From: Trypanosoma brucei
Taxonomy: Eukaryota
DNA length: 64,000 bases
Reading direction: 5' to 3'
Assembly (NCBI GenBank): GCA_000002445.1
Contig: CM000208.1
Location: forward strand, 768,001-832,000
Each line of letters begins with the position of its first letter. The stretch's first letter is position 1. Below are positions 55,194 through 64,000 of the stretch, piece by piece. The notes under the pieces are model-generated. The model saw only the letters and a program-made list of their open reading frames with translations, did no database searches and had not been told where the DNA came from. The position numbers and the translations under genes were made by a program.

Positions 55194-57365
55194 ATGGATC
55201 TTGCACAGGCAAAGACTATTCTTGATGCACATGACCCCAGGGTTGTTCGTGTGTTCCAGGAGAGCGTACCGGAGCTTGGCTTGCGGCGGCTCGACGCATG
55301 CGTTCTGGAGTACCTTTTGAGGATGCTTGAGGGGCAGATGAACCCAGCATCATACCTCCCGGAAAAGACGATTGAGCAGACGCTCAGACTTTATTTGAAT
55401 GAATTCCAAGTTTGCCCGGATGAAAATGCTGTGGATTCGGCTGTGGTTTCCATATGCAACGCCATGGAGACGAGCGGGCTGGTGCAAAAACCCAAGGAGG
55501 ATTCGAGTCGTCTTGTTAATGCGGTCAGCATCGGTAGGCAATACGAGGAGAACCTGAAAAAGGCGACGATGATACGGACTGTGGGTAGGGCGGCTGTAGT
55601 TAACACAAATGCGGACTGGACTTGGGAGACAAAACGCAATGCAGCAAAGGAGACCCGCAAAAAGCGGAAAGAGGAAGAAAAGAAGTCCATGCTGGCAGAG
55701 GAATATGAGGAGTTCCTCCAAAAACGTGGTATTGCCAGTGCAACCGCCATAGTTAAAATCCATCACAAGAGTGACGGGGTACAGTACACTACGGATATAC
55801 GGTGCGAGAATATCCGTATCCACATGGGCAAGCAGGTGCTTTTGGATAACACGGAGCTCACTATACTTTCAGGTCACAAGTATGGGCTCGTTGGGCGCAA
55901 TGGAACGGGCAAAACAACACTGTTACGTGCGTTGACGGAGCGGGAGATAGAAGGCGTGAGTCCGTTTGTTCAGATTCTTCATGTAGAACAAGAGGTGGTG
56001 GCAGGAGGGGAAACTCCACTCGAAGTTATACTGTCAGCCGACGTGGAGCGCGAGCAATTACTGCGTGAGGAACAGGAACTGCTCAAGCGCAGCGACGACG
56101 AAGCCAACAACCGGTTGAAGGACGTTTATGAGCGGTTGTATGCTATCGAAGCGCATAGTGCGGAAGCACGCGCGTCAGCTATTCTTAGTGGTTTAAGTTT
56201 TACACGCGAAATGATGACCAGTCCAACGAAGAACCTTTCTGGTGGTTGGCGTATGCGTGTGGCATTGGCACGTGCACTGTTTGTGGAACCGGACGTTCTG
56301 CTGCTGGATGAGCCTACAAACCACCTTGATCTCTTTGCCGTTCTATGGCTTGAGCAGTTCTTGAGGGATTGGAAGCACACACTTGTGGTGGTTTCCCATT
56401 CTCGATCCTTCTTAAACAATGTGTGTGGCGAGATCATCCATCTTGATGACAAAAAGTTGCACTACTACACAGGCAATTACGATCAGTTTGAGATTACGCG
56501 TGTAGAGCAGTTGCGGCAGCAGCAGAAACACCACGACGCACAAGAGCGGCAGCGTGCTCACATGCAAAAATTCATCGATCGCTTTCGTTACAACGCTAAG
56601 AAGGCCAAGATGGCCCAATCGCGTATCAAAACACTTGAACGCATGGAAGTTGTGGCTGCCGTGAAATACGACCCGCAGTTTTCTTTTAAGTTTCCAGATC
56701 CAGAGCCCATTTCTGGGTCATATTTACAGTTGGTTGATTGCGAATTCGGTTACAAACCGGGGACAACGCTATTTCGCGACGTTAACATGGGTATCGACGA
56801 AAACTCTCGGATTGGTCTTCTGGGTGCGAATGGTGCAGGTAAGTCAACTTTCATGAACATTTGTTGTGGAAAATTGGAACCGCGCCAGGGCCATGTGGTG
56901 CGCAACCAAAAAATTCGTGTTGCTCATTTTGCACAACACCATCTTGAGGCGCTCACACCCCAGCTTTCTTCTGTTGAGTTCATGCGCTCAAAGTTTCCGC
57001 AAGTGGAAGATCAACAGTTACGTGCCCATTTGGGCTCTCTTGGCCTTTCGGGTGATAAGGCACTTCAACCCATATACACACTTTCTGGTGGGCAGAAATC
57101 ACGTGCCGTACTTGCTTGGATTACCTTCACGCGACCTCATCTATTGTTACTGGATGAGCCGACGAACCACCTCGATATTGACACCCTTGACGCCCTCATC
57201 GAGTCGCTTCTTGATTACAAAGGTGGGTTGGTGGTGATATCGCACGATGAACACTTTATTACATCGGTGTGCGATGAGATGTTTGTGTGTGGTAACGAGA
57301 CAATAAAGAGATTTGATGGAGACTTCTCAGAGTATCGGGATATTGTTATGAAGCAGATGCGCTGA
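55194..57365 (+). CDS. ABC-F family ATPase (GCN20/ABCF-like, two ABC cassettes, no transmembrane domain).
   Basis: Two Walker A motifs ('GRNGTGKTT', 'GANGAGKST'). Two ABC signatures ('LSGGWRMRVALARAL', 'LSGGQKSRAVLAW'). Two Walker B motifs ('LLLDEPTNHLD', twice). A roughly 200-aa N-terminal extension precedes the first cassette. Confidence 0.9.
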   Translation: MDLAQAKTILDAHDPRVVRVFQESVPELGLRRLDACVLEYLLRMLEGQMNPASYLPEKTIEQTLRLYLNEFQVCPDENAVDSAVVSICNAMETSGLVQKPKEDSSRLVNAVSIGRQYEENLKKATMIRTVGRAAVVNTNADWTWETKRNAAKETRKKRKEEEKKSMLAEEYEEFLQKRGIASATAIVKIHHKSDGVQYTTDIRCENIRIHMGKQVLLDNTELTILSGHKYGLVGRNGTGKTTLLRALTEREIEGVSPFVQILHVEQEVVAGGETPLEVILSADVEREQLLREEQELLKRSDDEANNRLKDVYERLYAIEAHSAEARASAILSGLSFTREMMTSPTKNLSGGWRMRVALARALFVEPDVLLLDEPTNHLDLFAVLWLEQFLRDWKHTLVVVSHSRSFLNNVCGEIIHLDDKKLHYYTGNYDQFEITRVEQLRQQQKHHDAQERQRAHMQKFIDRFRYNAKKAKMAQSRIKTLERMEVVAAVKYDPQFSFKFPDPEPISGSYLQLVDCEFGYKPGTTLFRDVNMGIDENSRIGLLGANGAGKSTFMNICCGKLEPRQGHVVRNQKIRVAHFAQHHLEALTPQLSSVEFMRSKFPQVEDQQLRAHLGSLGLSGDKALQPIYTLSGGQKSRAVLAWITFTRPHLLLLDEPTNHLDIDTLDALIESLLDYKGGLVVISHDEHFITSVCDEMFVCGNETIKRFDGDFSEYRDIVMKQMR

Positions 57366-57677
57366 GAAATGTTTTCTATACGTTAAGCCTTCGATCCAGT
57401 TGATCAAGAGAGCGCTCTCAGTAATACGTATGGGGGAGGACATACGAAAAAAAAAAGATTAAACATAAATCTATCGAGGTTTTTTTTTGTATACGAAGTA
57501 AACCAGCAGGATACCAAGTTTTTTTTGTACCCTTCAGTCATTTTTTTTTTGCCTTTGCGTGTTGCTAATGGAAATTACAAGTACGTTATTCTGCTGTTTC
57601 CCTCCACTTTTGAGCTCTGCCGCGCTTTGGTCTAGGTTGTTGTGCCCCCGGGAGTGATAGAAGAAAAAGTGGGGGAA

Positions 57678-59024
57678 ATGACAAAACAGCAGATGTGCCT
57701 CCGAGATTTTTTTCTAAAAGGGAAAAAAGGTATGATTAAAGACGCTTGTAGTGATGTGATTGATCTTCATGTTGCTGTTAAGGGGGACGAGTTGGTTGAT
57801 GCCTTTTCCTCTAAGGAGAAACATGAATTTTTGGACTCAATGCCACCCATGAAGCATTCTACCGATGTCTCTGCGTCATGTTACCTGGACGATAACGTGC
57901 CAGAAAGCTCCAGCAGTAATCACGGGGAGGGTTCCACTTTAGCAAGACCCAGTGGCGTAACCGCTTTCCCCTTTCAGACGAAACATGTTGGTAAATACGG
58001 CGCACTGACAACACGTAGTAGCAAACGCCCTCGTTCAGGGGCTCAGACATGTCTGGATTTTGGTCAAAGTGACATTGGTGGCGTGACCACCTGCAGGATA
58101 TGTGGAATGATTTATAACGCCGTTATGCCTGAAGATATACGTTTGCACAGGAGGTTCTGTCGACCCCAGGCACTCTCCAACAAAAGGCGTAAGGAATTAG
58201 ATGCTGCTGATGGTCATTGTGTGTGGCTTGCTTCAAGAGATGTTATCGTGCAACTCGATAGACTTGCTGGGTCTCAACGACAGAACTTGGCAATGCAGAG
58301 AAGATACCGCGCCGGTGCAGCGCCAGTGTGCCTTAAAGTGCAAGAGTCCACAGCAGATGAGTTCATTTGCTATGTACTTGAGTGCGGTGCACGGGGTTTA
58401 GCACGCAGCGCCGTGGTTTCTCGGTTTGTTGAAGCTCTGCAGTTCGATGACGTCACACTACAGGGTGAATCAGATTATTGCTTGGTCGCTGTTGTGCAAG
58501 TTTATTTGGAGCGACTCGTTTGTGTTGTGGCGGGGAGACCTGTCGCCCGTACACATGAACCTACGCTACTCCCGTACAAGAACCATTGCGAAACAGCACT
58601 TGGAGGGAAGCAGTATTTGGAAACTTCACAGAAGACCCTGTGTGATGTACCGTATATATGGCTACAAAGTGAGTTGGTGCTTGCCACCACATGGAGGGGG
58701 TGCTTGCAACAGCAAATAGCACCCGCAGTAAAATCGCAGCGGGACGTTACGCGAGACTTTTTCAAATGTAGGGGCATGGCAAGCGAGAAGAAGTTTGAGG
58801 ATTTGCAGCAAACTCGTTCTCTTGGCGACGCTGCCTTAAGTCGCGCCCTGTCCACTTTGGGTCGTCATGTAACGTACGGCTGCGCGTTGTGTCCGCGTAG
58901 GCAGTTTTCGTATGACAGTAGCGTAGTTAATGAAAGCGTGTTGCATCGTGTCGCTGGAGTTATGGGATGTGATGATGTTTCCACTTTGTACACCCACACC
59001 GGTGCGTCGTCTCATTTTCAATAA
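57678..59024 (+). CDS. ESCO/Eco1-like N-acetyltransferase (sister-chromatid cohesion acetyltransferase family), tentative.
   Basis: 'CRICGMIYNAVMPEDIRLHRRFC' matches the Eco1/ESCO zinc finger 'C..C.M.Y....PED...H...H', except that the last residue is Cys rather than His. Eco1/ESCO proteins carry their acetyltransferase region downstream of this finger, but I could not identify acetyltransferase motifs here. The track start is a GTG (57642), and the first ATG is at 57678. Confidence 0.6.
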   Translation: MTKQQMCLRDFFLKGKKGMIKDACSDVIDLHVAVKGDELVDAFSSKEKHEFLDSMPPMKHSTDVSASCYLDDNVPESSSSNHGEGSTLARPSGVTAFPFQTKHVGKYGALTTRSSKRPRSGAQTCLDFGQSDIGGVTTCRICGMIYNAVMPEDIRLHRRFCRPQALSNKRRKELDAADGHCVWLASRDVIVQLDRLAGSQRQNLAMQRRYRAGAAPVCLKVQESTADEFICYVLECGARGLARSAVVSRFVEALQFDDVTLQGESDYCLVAVVQVYLERLVCVVAGRPVARTHEPTLLPYKNHCETALGGKQYLETSQKTLCDVPYIWLQSELVLATTWRGCLQQQIAPAVKSQRDVTRDFFKCRGMASEKKFEDLQQTRSLGDAALSRALSTLGRHVTYGCALCPRRQFSYDSSVVNESVLHRVAGVMGCDDVSTLYTHTGASSHFQ

Positions 59025-60557
59025 TCAAAGGAACGTACAATTTTCTATAGGGACTGTCCACCAATGTGGCGTTGAGAAATTCCGTCCCATGTCATAGAGA
59101 GTCGCTTTTGTATATTTCACCTTTTATTCTTTTGTTTTTTTTTTTTGAAATTCAATCTAGTTCTCCTTTTTTTTTTCTTGACATTTTGTTGTGCTGCATG
59201 CTTCCTCCTGGTCGTCTGGTGGGGTGGACGTTGTAGCGGTGATACATGGAAGGAGCTCTCTTTCTGGAGGGCCGCAATGTCGTTTTCTTTTTTGTTCCTT
59301 TTAAAAATTTATTTGTCGTTGCTGTGAAGCATGACGGTGTGGAGGAGCAGATGAGGTGTGTTTTGGTTTGGGAAGATGAGAAGGGTCTTTTCAACGTCAT
59401 AACTGCTGATGGTGGCGGGAAATGGTACCGATTAATGGGCCGTGGGCGCATACGCGTTATGTTTCGTGTGGTGGCGACGGTTGCGGGAAGGGATTTCTTT
59501 CCTCCTCTTCTTGTTCATAAATTTAAAAGACCTTCGATTTTCCCTTTCCCCTTATTTTCGTGGGAGCTGCCCCCTTCTTTCTTCCTGCCCACCCGTCCGT
59601 ACTTCGGGCCGCAGCGGTGCGGAGGCGTTTCTTATCCCTTTTATCCTTTTCCTTTTTCTTTTTTGTTTGTTTTGTTTACTGATTTATATTTTAAAGGCGT
59701 TGGGGTATTAGAATACAACAAGGACGCGATGTATCTGCTCCTGCGGTGTTTTCTTCCCCTTTTCAGTTTTGTGCATGTAATTTGTCTTCCCTTCTCTTAT
59801 GGAGGTGGTGGTTGAAGGGAAACAATGTTCGAGAGAAAGGTTAGAAAGTGTGCGAGAATTAAACGAAACTTCTGCAGAGAGAGTTGAGGTTGCATTAGAT
59901 CATTTCTTCACATAATGAAAGGTTAAAGCAAAGGGTAGGGGAAATAATCGAAAGCGTGGATGTACAAGGACATCAAGTATTCAGAGGAGACTTCTCTCAG
60001 AAGTTTACTTTCTATTTACTTTGTCTTCTTTGCTTAAAAAAAAAACTCTTGCTGTAACCTTGCGGTTACGGGAAACTGTTTTTGTTGTTAGCTTCATGGA
60101 CAAATTTTGTTCGTAGGTCTTAAAGGAAGCAACTAAAAAAAAAAAAGAAGCCAACAAAAGGAAGGTAGTTAGGTGTAACAATTTGCTTCATACTGGATTC
60201 TCTCTTGTACTATTCTTCTTTTCTTTTGCTACTTTCCCATCCTTTATTGATAATTAGGCTTCGCTACTTCGAGCAACAGTACTAATAACGTTTTTTTCTC
60301 GTGTTTGCACGTGTACGCGACTTCCGTTATCTCGTCTTGCTCACATTAGCCCGCAAGACAACGGAACCGAGGAATCCGACACAAACACTACCAGGTGATA
60401 AGGTGTACCTTTCCGCGCCGCTGCTACCACAAATTCATTCGTTCTATTGTGGAGGCAACACCTTGTGCTTGTCTGGCTAGATATACACCGCTGATTCTTT
60501 TAGGTCTTAGACAGTTAGTTAGCTCCTTCAGTTGCTTCATCTGTCTGTGGCACCGCA

Positions 60558-61301
60558 ATGTATCAAGACCGTTGCATATTTTTCTCCAAAATGGGGGCCT
60601 GTCGGCATGGGGACGGCTGCACGAAGGTTCATGTCCGGCCAACCACCTCGCCGACAGTTCTTTTTCCCTTCATGTACCCGAACCCCGCGGCTATTGAGCA
60701 CATTCAGGATAGGGAATGGAATTTTCACTTTGAAAGGAAGTATTTGAGGCGGCATTTTGAGCACTTTTACAAGGAGACGTGGCGGACGTTTATGGAACTT
60801 GGACGGATTGCTGAGCTGCGCGTTGTGAGCAACCTCGGAGACCATTTGCTTGGCAACGTTTATATCCGCTTTGAAGATAGTCACGATGCCTCTCGCATCG
60901 TACGGGAACTAAAGGCGAAGAAATTGAACGACATTGTTCTGTTGCCGGAGCTGAGTCCTGTAACAAACTTTGCTGAGGCTTGCTGTAAGGAGGACCTGGA
61001 GGGTAAATGCGAACGCGGACCGCAGTGTAATTACCTGCACATCATGAAGGTGTCTCGGAAATTAATGGAGAAGTTAGAAAAAGAGCAGGCTAAGTTTTGG
61101 AAAAAGAAGGAGAAGCACAGCAGCAGCAGCAGTAGCAGTCGCAAGAGGGAACGCTCAAAAGAACGTGGTGGAGAGCGCTCGAAGGAACGCTCGAAGGAGC
61201 GCGGGAGGGACAGGCAAAAGTCACCTCGGGGGTATTCCAGCGACATGTGCCATATTTGTGGAAAATCTGGTCACATCTCTCGCGAATGCCCCTTAAAATA
61301 A
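60558..61301 (+). CDS. U2AF35: Splicing factor U2AF small subunit (U2AF35-like).
   Basis: ATG start. First CCCH finger 'CIFFSKMGACRHGDGCTKVH'. Central UHM/RRM-like region ('LGNVYIRFEDSHDASRIV'). Second CCCH finger 'CCKEDLEGKCERGPQCNYLH'. C-terminal 'RERSKERGGERSKERSKERGRDR' RS/KER-like repeats, followed by a CCHC zinc knuckle 'CHICGKSGHISRECP'. Confidence 0.8.
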   Translation: MYQDRCIFFSKMGACRHGDGCTKVHVRPTTSPTVLFPFMYPNPAAIEHIQDREWNFHFERKYLRRHFEHFYKETWRTFMELGRIAELRVVSNLGDHLLGNVYIRFEDSHDASRIVRELKAKKLNDIVLLPELSPVTNFAEACCKEDLEGKCERGPQCNYLHIMKVSRKLMEKLEKEQAKFWKKKEKHSSSSSSSRKRERSKERGGERSKERSKERGRDRQKSPRGYSSDMCHICGKSGHISRECPLK

Positions 61302-61627
61302 GAATAGGAGCAGAAAAGAGAAAATAAACATAAAAAAATATAATATAACAAAGATGTCATTCGGGCTCGCGGCGCGGGTTCTGTTTGAGAATGCCGTATG
61401 GTAATGAACGCGTATTATGTTGTGGAGGGGATAAGGGGGGGGGGTCTTCAATTAATGAAGAAAAAAAAATAAAGAAAAATTGACTAGCGTGAAAGAAGAT
61501 GGGCGACTAAGTGAGCTAAGAACTCTGTGGGTGTAGGGCGGGGGCACCTTGTACTGTTAATGTGTCAGCTGCTATTTGAGAGTTTAAGGGTTAACTTCAC
61601 GCCGTTTCTCTCCCTCTTCAATGCGTC

Positions 61628-61650
61628 CACACACACACACACACACACAC
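61628..61650. repeat. (CA)11 microsatellite.
   Basis: Direct reading of the sequence. It lies in the U2AF35 3' flank. Confidence 0.9.
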
Positions 61651-62607
61651 CAACTAGACCAATAGCCCCTCTCTACACTACTTGTGCATGCAAACGCTTC
61701 GAAGAGGGAGGAAAACGGCGTGTGGTTGGGCTTCACCGCGAGAGTTGTGTTGTGAGGTGTGAATTTAGGGAGACATTAAGGGGGGAGGGAAGCTCAAGCA
61801 CTGATGCGTAGGCTGGCGGTTTGGGAAGGAGTGAGCGCTTGGAATGGCCACTGTTTTGTTTTGTACCTCCTTTTCACCATCAGTGGCCTTCTGGTGCCAT
61901 CCAGTCGACGGAGCGCCACCAGACCAATCCAGTGCGTGTTTGTGGAGGGTAATGTTTGAGGACTGGGGAAACTGTGGGAAAATGACGAAAATACCGGAGA
62001 AAGAATAAAGGAGAATATGGAGAAAAGAGGGACATATAAGGTGCCTACATCTCTTTTTCCACGCGGTTGGGTGCGATATGATGATGTGCGTGGTTGTGCG
62101 TAGAGGTTGGCGGAATAATCGAGTGAGTTCCATTCGAAGATAACATTGCCATATGGACATAGTGGTGAGGAGAAGGAGTTAAAAAGGAAAAAAGATAAAT
62201 TTACCACAATCTTCAAATTGTGATGGTGCCCAAGTGCCAAGGCCCCTGTCTATTTGAATACGGTGGTGGTGCATCACCACTTTTCTTTTTTCACTTTTTT
62301 TTTTCGGTTCTTTCTTCGTCGCTGCAACTGTGACTCAGCTTCCTTTATTTTTATCATTATTATTACTGATGTTTAACAGTGCCGATAATTTCGACCTGCC
62401 CGCGTCCGAGCAGCTGTGCAGAAAATCATGTCACTGGTTGGCGCTCGTGGAGAAATACCAACAAAGGTGAAGTTGAGGGATATATGTGTACTTTCCCTCT
62501 GCTTTTGTTTCTCATTCGTTAATTAGTCAAAAGAAACCAATTTCAAGAAGAAAAGCAAACCAACGCCTGCTGAAAAAGAAAAAGAAAGCGGAATATAACA
62601 GACAGAA

Positions 62608-64000
62608 ATGCTTCGCCGTACGTTGCCTTTTGCGTTTGCCTTCGTTAAGTCACCCCCTGCGGTGAATGAGCGAATGGATTCGTTTCAACCGGGTTCGGAC
62701 TCTGCTCGTGGAACGTTGGAAGCGTGTAAGCGCCTGCGTTGTGGTGCTACTGATTGCCCAATAGTTATTGGTGGGAAGGAATACCGCACTGATAACGCCA
62801 TCAACCGCATGATTCCATCTAGTCACCAACAGCAGGTTGCGAAGGGGTATAACGCAACACCGGAGTTGGCACAAAAGGCTATTGACACAGCACTGGGTGC
62901 CGCCAAGGAGTGGAGTCAGATGCCCTTTAAAGATCGGGCGGCAATATTTCTGCACGCGGCACATCTTATCTCGACGAAATATCGTCACGAATTGCGTGCA
63001 GCCACGATGCTCGGGCAGAGCAAGAATCCCTTCCAGGCAGAAATTGATGTGATTGCTGAATCGTGCGACTTCCTTCGATTTTCGGTGAAGTACGCCGAGG
63101 AGTTGTACAATCAGCAGCCGATCTCTCCCGCAAGTGGTCCGGTTTGGAACGCTCTTGATTACCGACCACTTGAGGGGTTCGTATCCGTCATTGCGCCCTT
63201 TAACTTTTCGGCAATTGCAGCGAACCTTGTGGCATGCCCCGCACTAATGGGAAATGTGATCTTATGGAAGCCCTCACCCAATGCTGTGCTTTCAAACTAT
63301 CTTTTGTACAAGGTGTTTGAGGAGGCGGGGCTTCCCGCGGGCGTGGTGAACTTCATGCCATGTGAACCAAAGGTAATGACTGAGGTTGTTAATTCTCATC
63401 CCGAGCTTGCTGGCGTCGCCTTTACTGGCTCCACGAACGTCTTCCTCTCTATCAACAAACAGATCTACTCCCGCTTGGAGGAGTACCGCAACATCCCGCG
63501 CATCAGCGGCGAAACAGGTGGAAAGGACTTTCACCTCATCCACCCGACGGCTGATATGAAAATGACAGCTGCTCTGACGGTGCGCGGCGCGTTTGAGTAT
63601 CAGGGTCAGAAATGTAGCGCCACATCACGGATTTACGTGCCGCAGAGTCGGTGGGAGGAGCTAAAGGGGTACTTGTTGGAACTGCATGGGAAGCTGAAGA
63701 TGGGCCAACCCGATGACTTCCAGAGTTTCATGTGCGCTGTTATCGATGAGACTGCATTCGACCGAAACAAGAAGTACATTGACATTGCCAAGGCGGATTC
63801 CAGTGCCTACACCATCATTGCTGGTGGTGGCTGTGATAAGTCGGAGGGGTGGTTTATTCAACCTACCATTATTGTGGCTAAGGACCCCAACGCACAGCTT
63901 CTGCGTGAGGAGATCTTTGGACCCATACTAACAGTGCATGTGTATGATGACAGCAAGCCAGATTTCTGGTCAGAGGCATGCAACCTTGTAAACAACGCAA
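62608..64000 (+). CDS. P5CDH: Delta-1-pyrroline-5-carboxylate dehydrogenase (ALDH4-type aldehyde dehydrogenase), 3'-truncated by the window edge.
   Basis: ATG at 62608, and the frame is open to the end of the window. ALDH motifs are present: 'FTGSTNVF', catalytic 'ETGGKDF' and 'EYQGQKCSA' (catalytic Cys), plus 'EEIFGPIL'. N-terminus 'MLRRTLPFAFAFV' is presequence-like. It is not in the ORF track because no stop falls inside the window. Confidence 0.9.
   Translation, partial: MLRRTLPFAFAFVKSPPAVNERMDSFQPGSDSARGTLEACKRLRCGATDCPIVIGGKEYRTDNAINRMIPSSHQQQVAKGYNATPELAQKAIDTALGAAKEWSQMPFKDRAAIFLHAAHLISTKYRHELRAATMLGQSKNPFQAEIDVIAESCDFLRFSVKYAEELYNQQPISPASGPVWNALDYRPLEGFVSVIAPFNFSAIAANLVACPALMGNVILWKPSPNAVLSNYLLYKVFEEAGLPAGVVNFMPCEPKVMTEVVNSHPELAGVAFTGSTNVFLSINKQIYSRLEEYRNIPRISGETGGKDFHLIHPTADMKMTAALTVRGAFEYQGQKCSATSRIYVPQSRWEELKGYLLELHGKLKMGQPDDFQSFMCAVIDETAFDRNKKYIDIAKADSSAYTIIAGGGCDKSEGWFIQPTIIVAKDPNAQLLREEIFGPILTVHVYDDSKPDFWSEACNLVNNA

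Noticed and set aside
1-64000. Prokaryotic-style systems (operons with RBS, CRISPR arrays, defence islands, integrons).
   Set aside because: No short direct repeats with regular spacers and no Shine-Dalgarno-spaced gene starts. The gene content is eukaryotic (proteasome lid, U2AF35, PriL, ESCO, NAA50), and the organisation is kinetoplastid-like.

Overview
This window reads as a nuclear chromosomal segment from a kinetoplastid, most likely a Trypanosoma species. Every convincing protein-coding ORF (about 25) lies on the + strand, intron-less and head-to-tail, which is the usual look of one Pol II polycistronic unit. Intergenic spacers are T/Y-rich, consistent with trans-splicing and polyadenylation signals. 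The recognisable genes, in order, are GUF1, an IF1-like ATPase inhibitor, RPN11, TYW2, a glycerol-3-phosphate acyltransferase, the DNA primase large subunit, COX11, NAA50, an ABCF ATPase, an ESCO-like acetyltransferase, U2AF35 and P5C dehydrogenase. From memory this order resembles the core of T. brucei chromosome 10, but that needs a database check. I found no CRISPR arrays, rRNA or convincing tRNA genes, and nothing prokaryote-like. Many ORF-track 'M' starts are GTG or TTG codons. For those genes I moved the start to the first in-frame ATG and say so in the evidence. Two things stand out. First, a 2.73-kb unit (a gene ending in an RZ-finger-like motif, plus RPN11) occurs twice as direct repeats 16,243 bp apart, flanking four large coiled-coil or low-complexity genes. 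Second, a roughly 9.8-kb gene-poor stretch at 27.35-37.16 kb, partly GC-rich, has only short overlapping ORFs on both strands. It is a candidate decayed gene, retroelement remnant or ncRNA locus.
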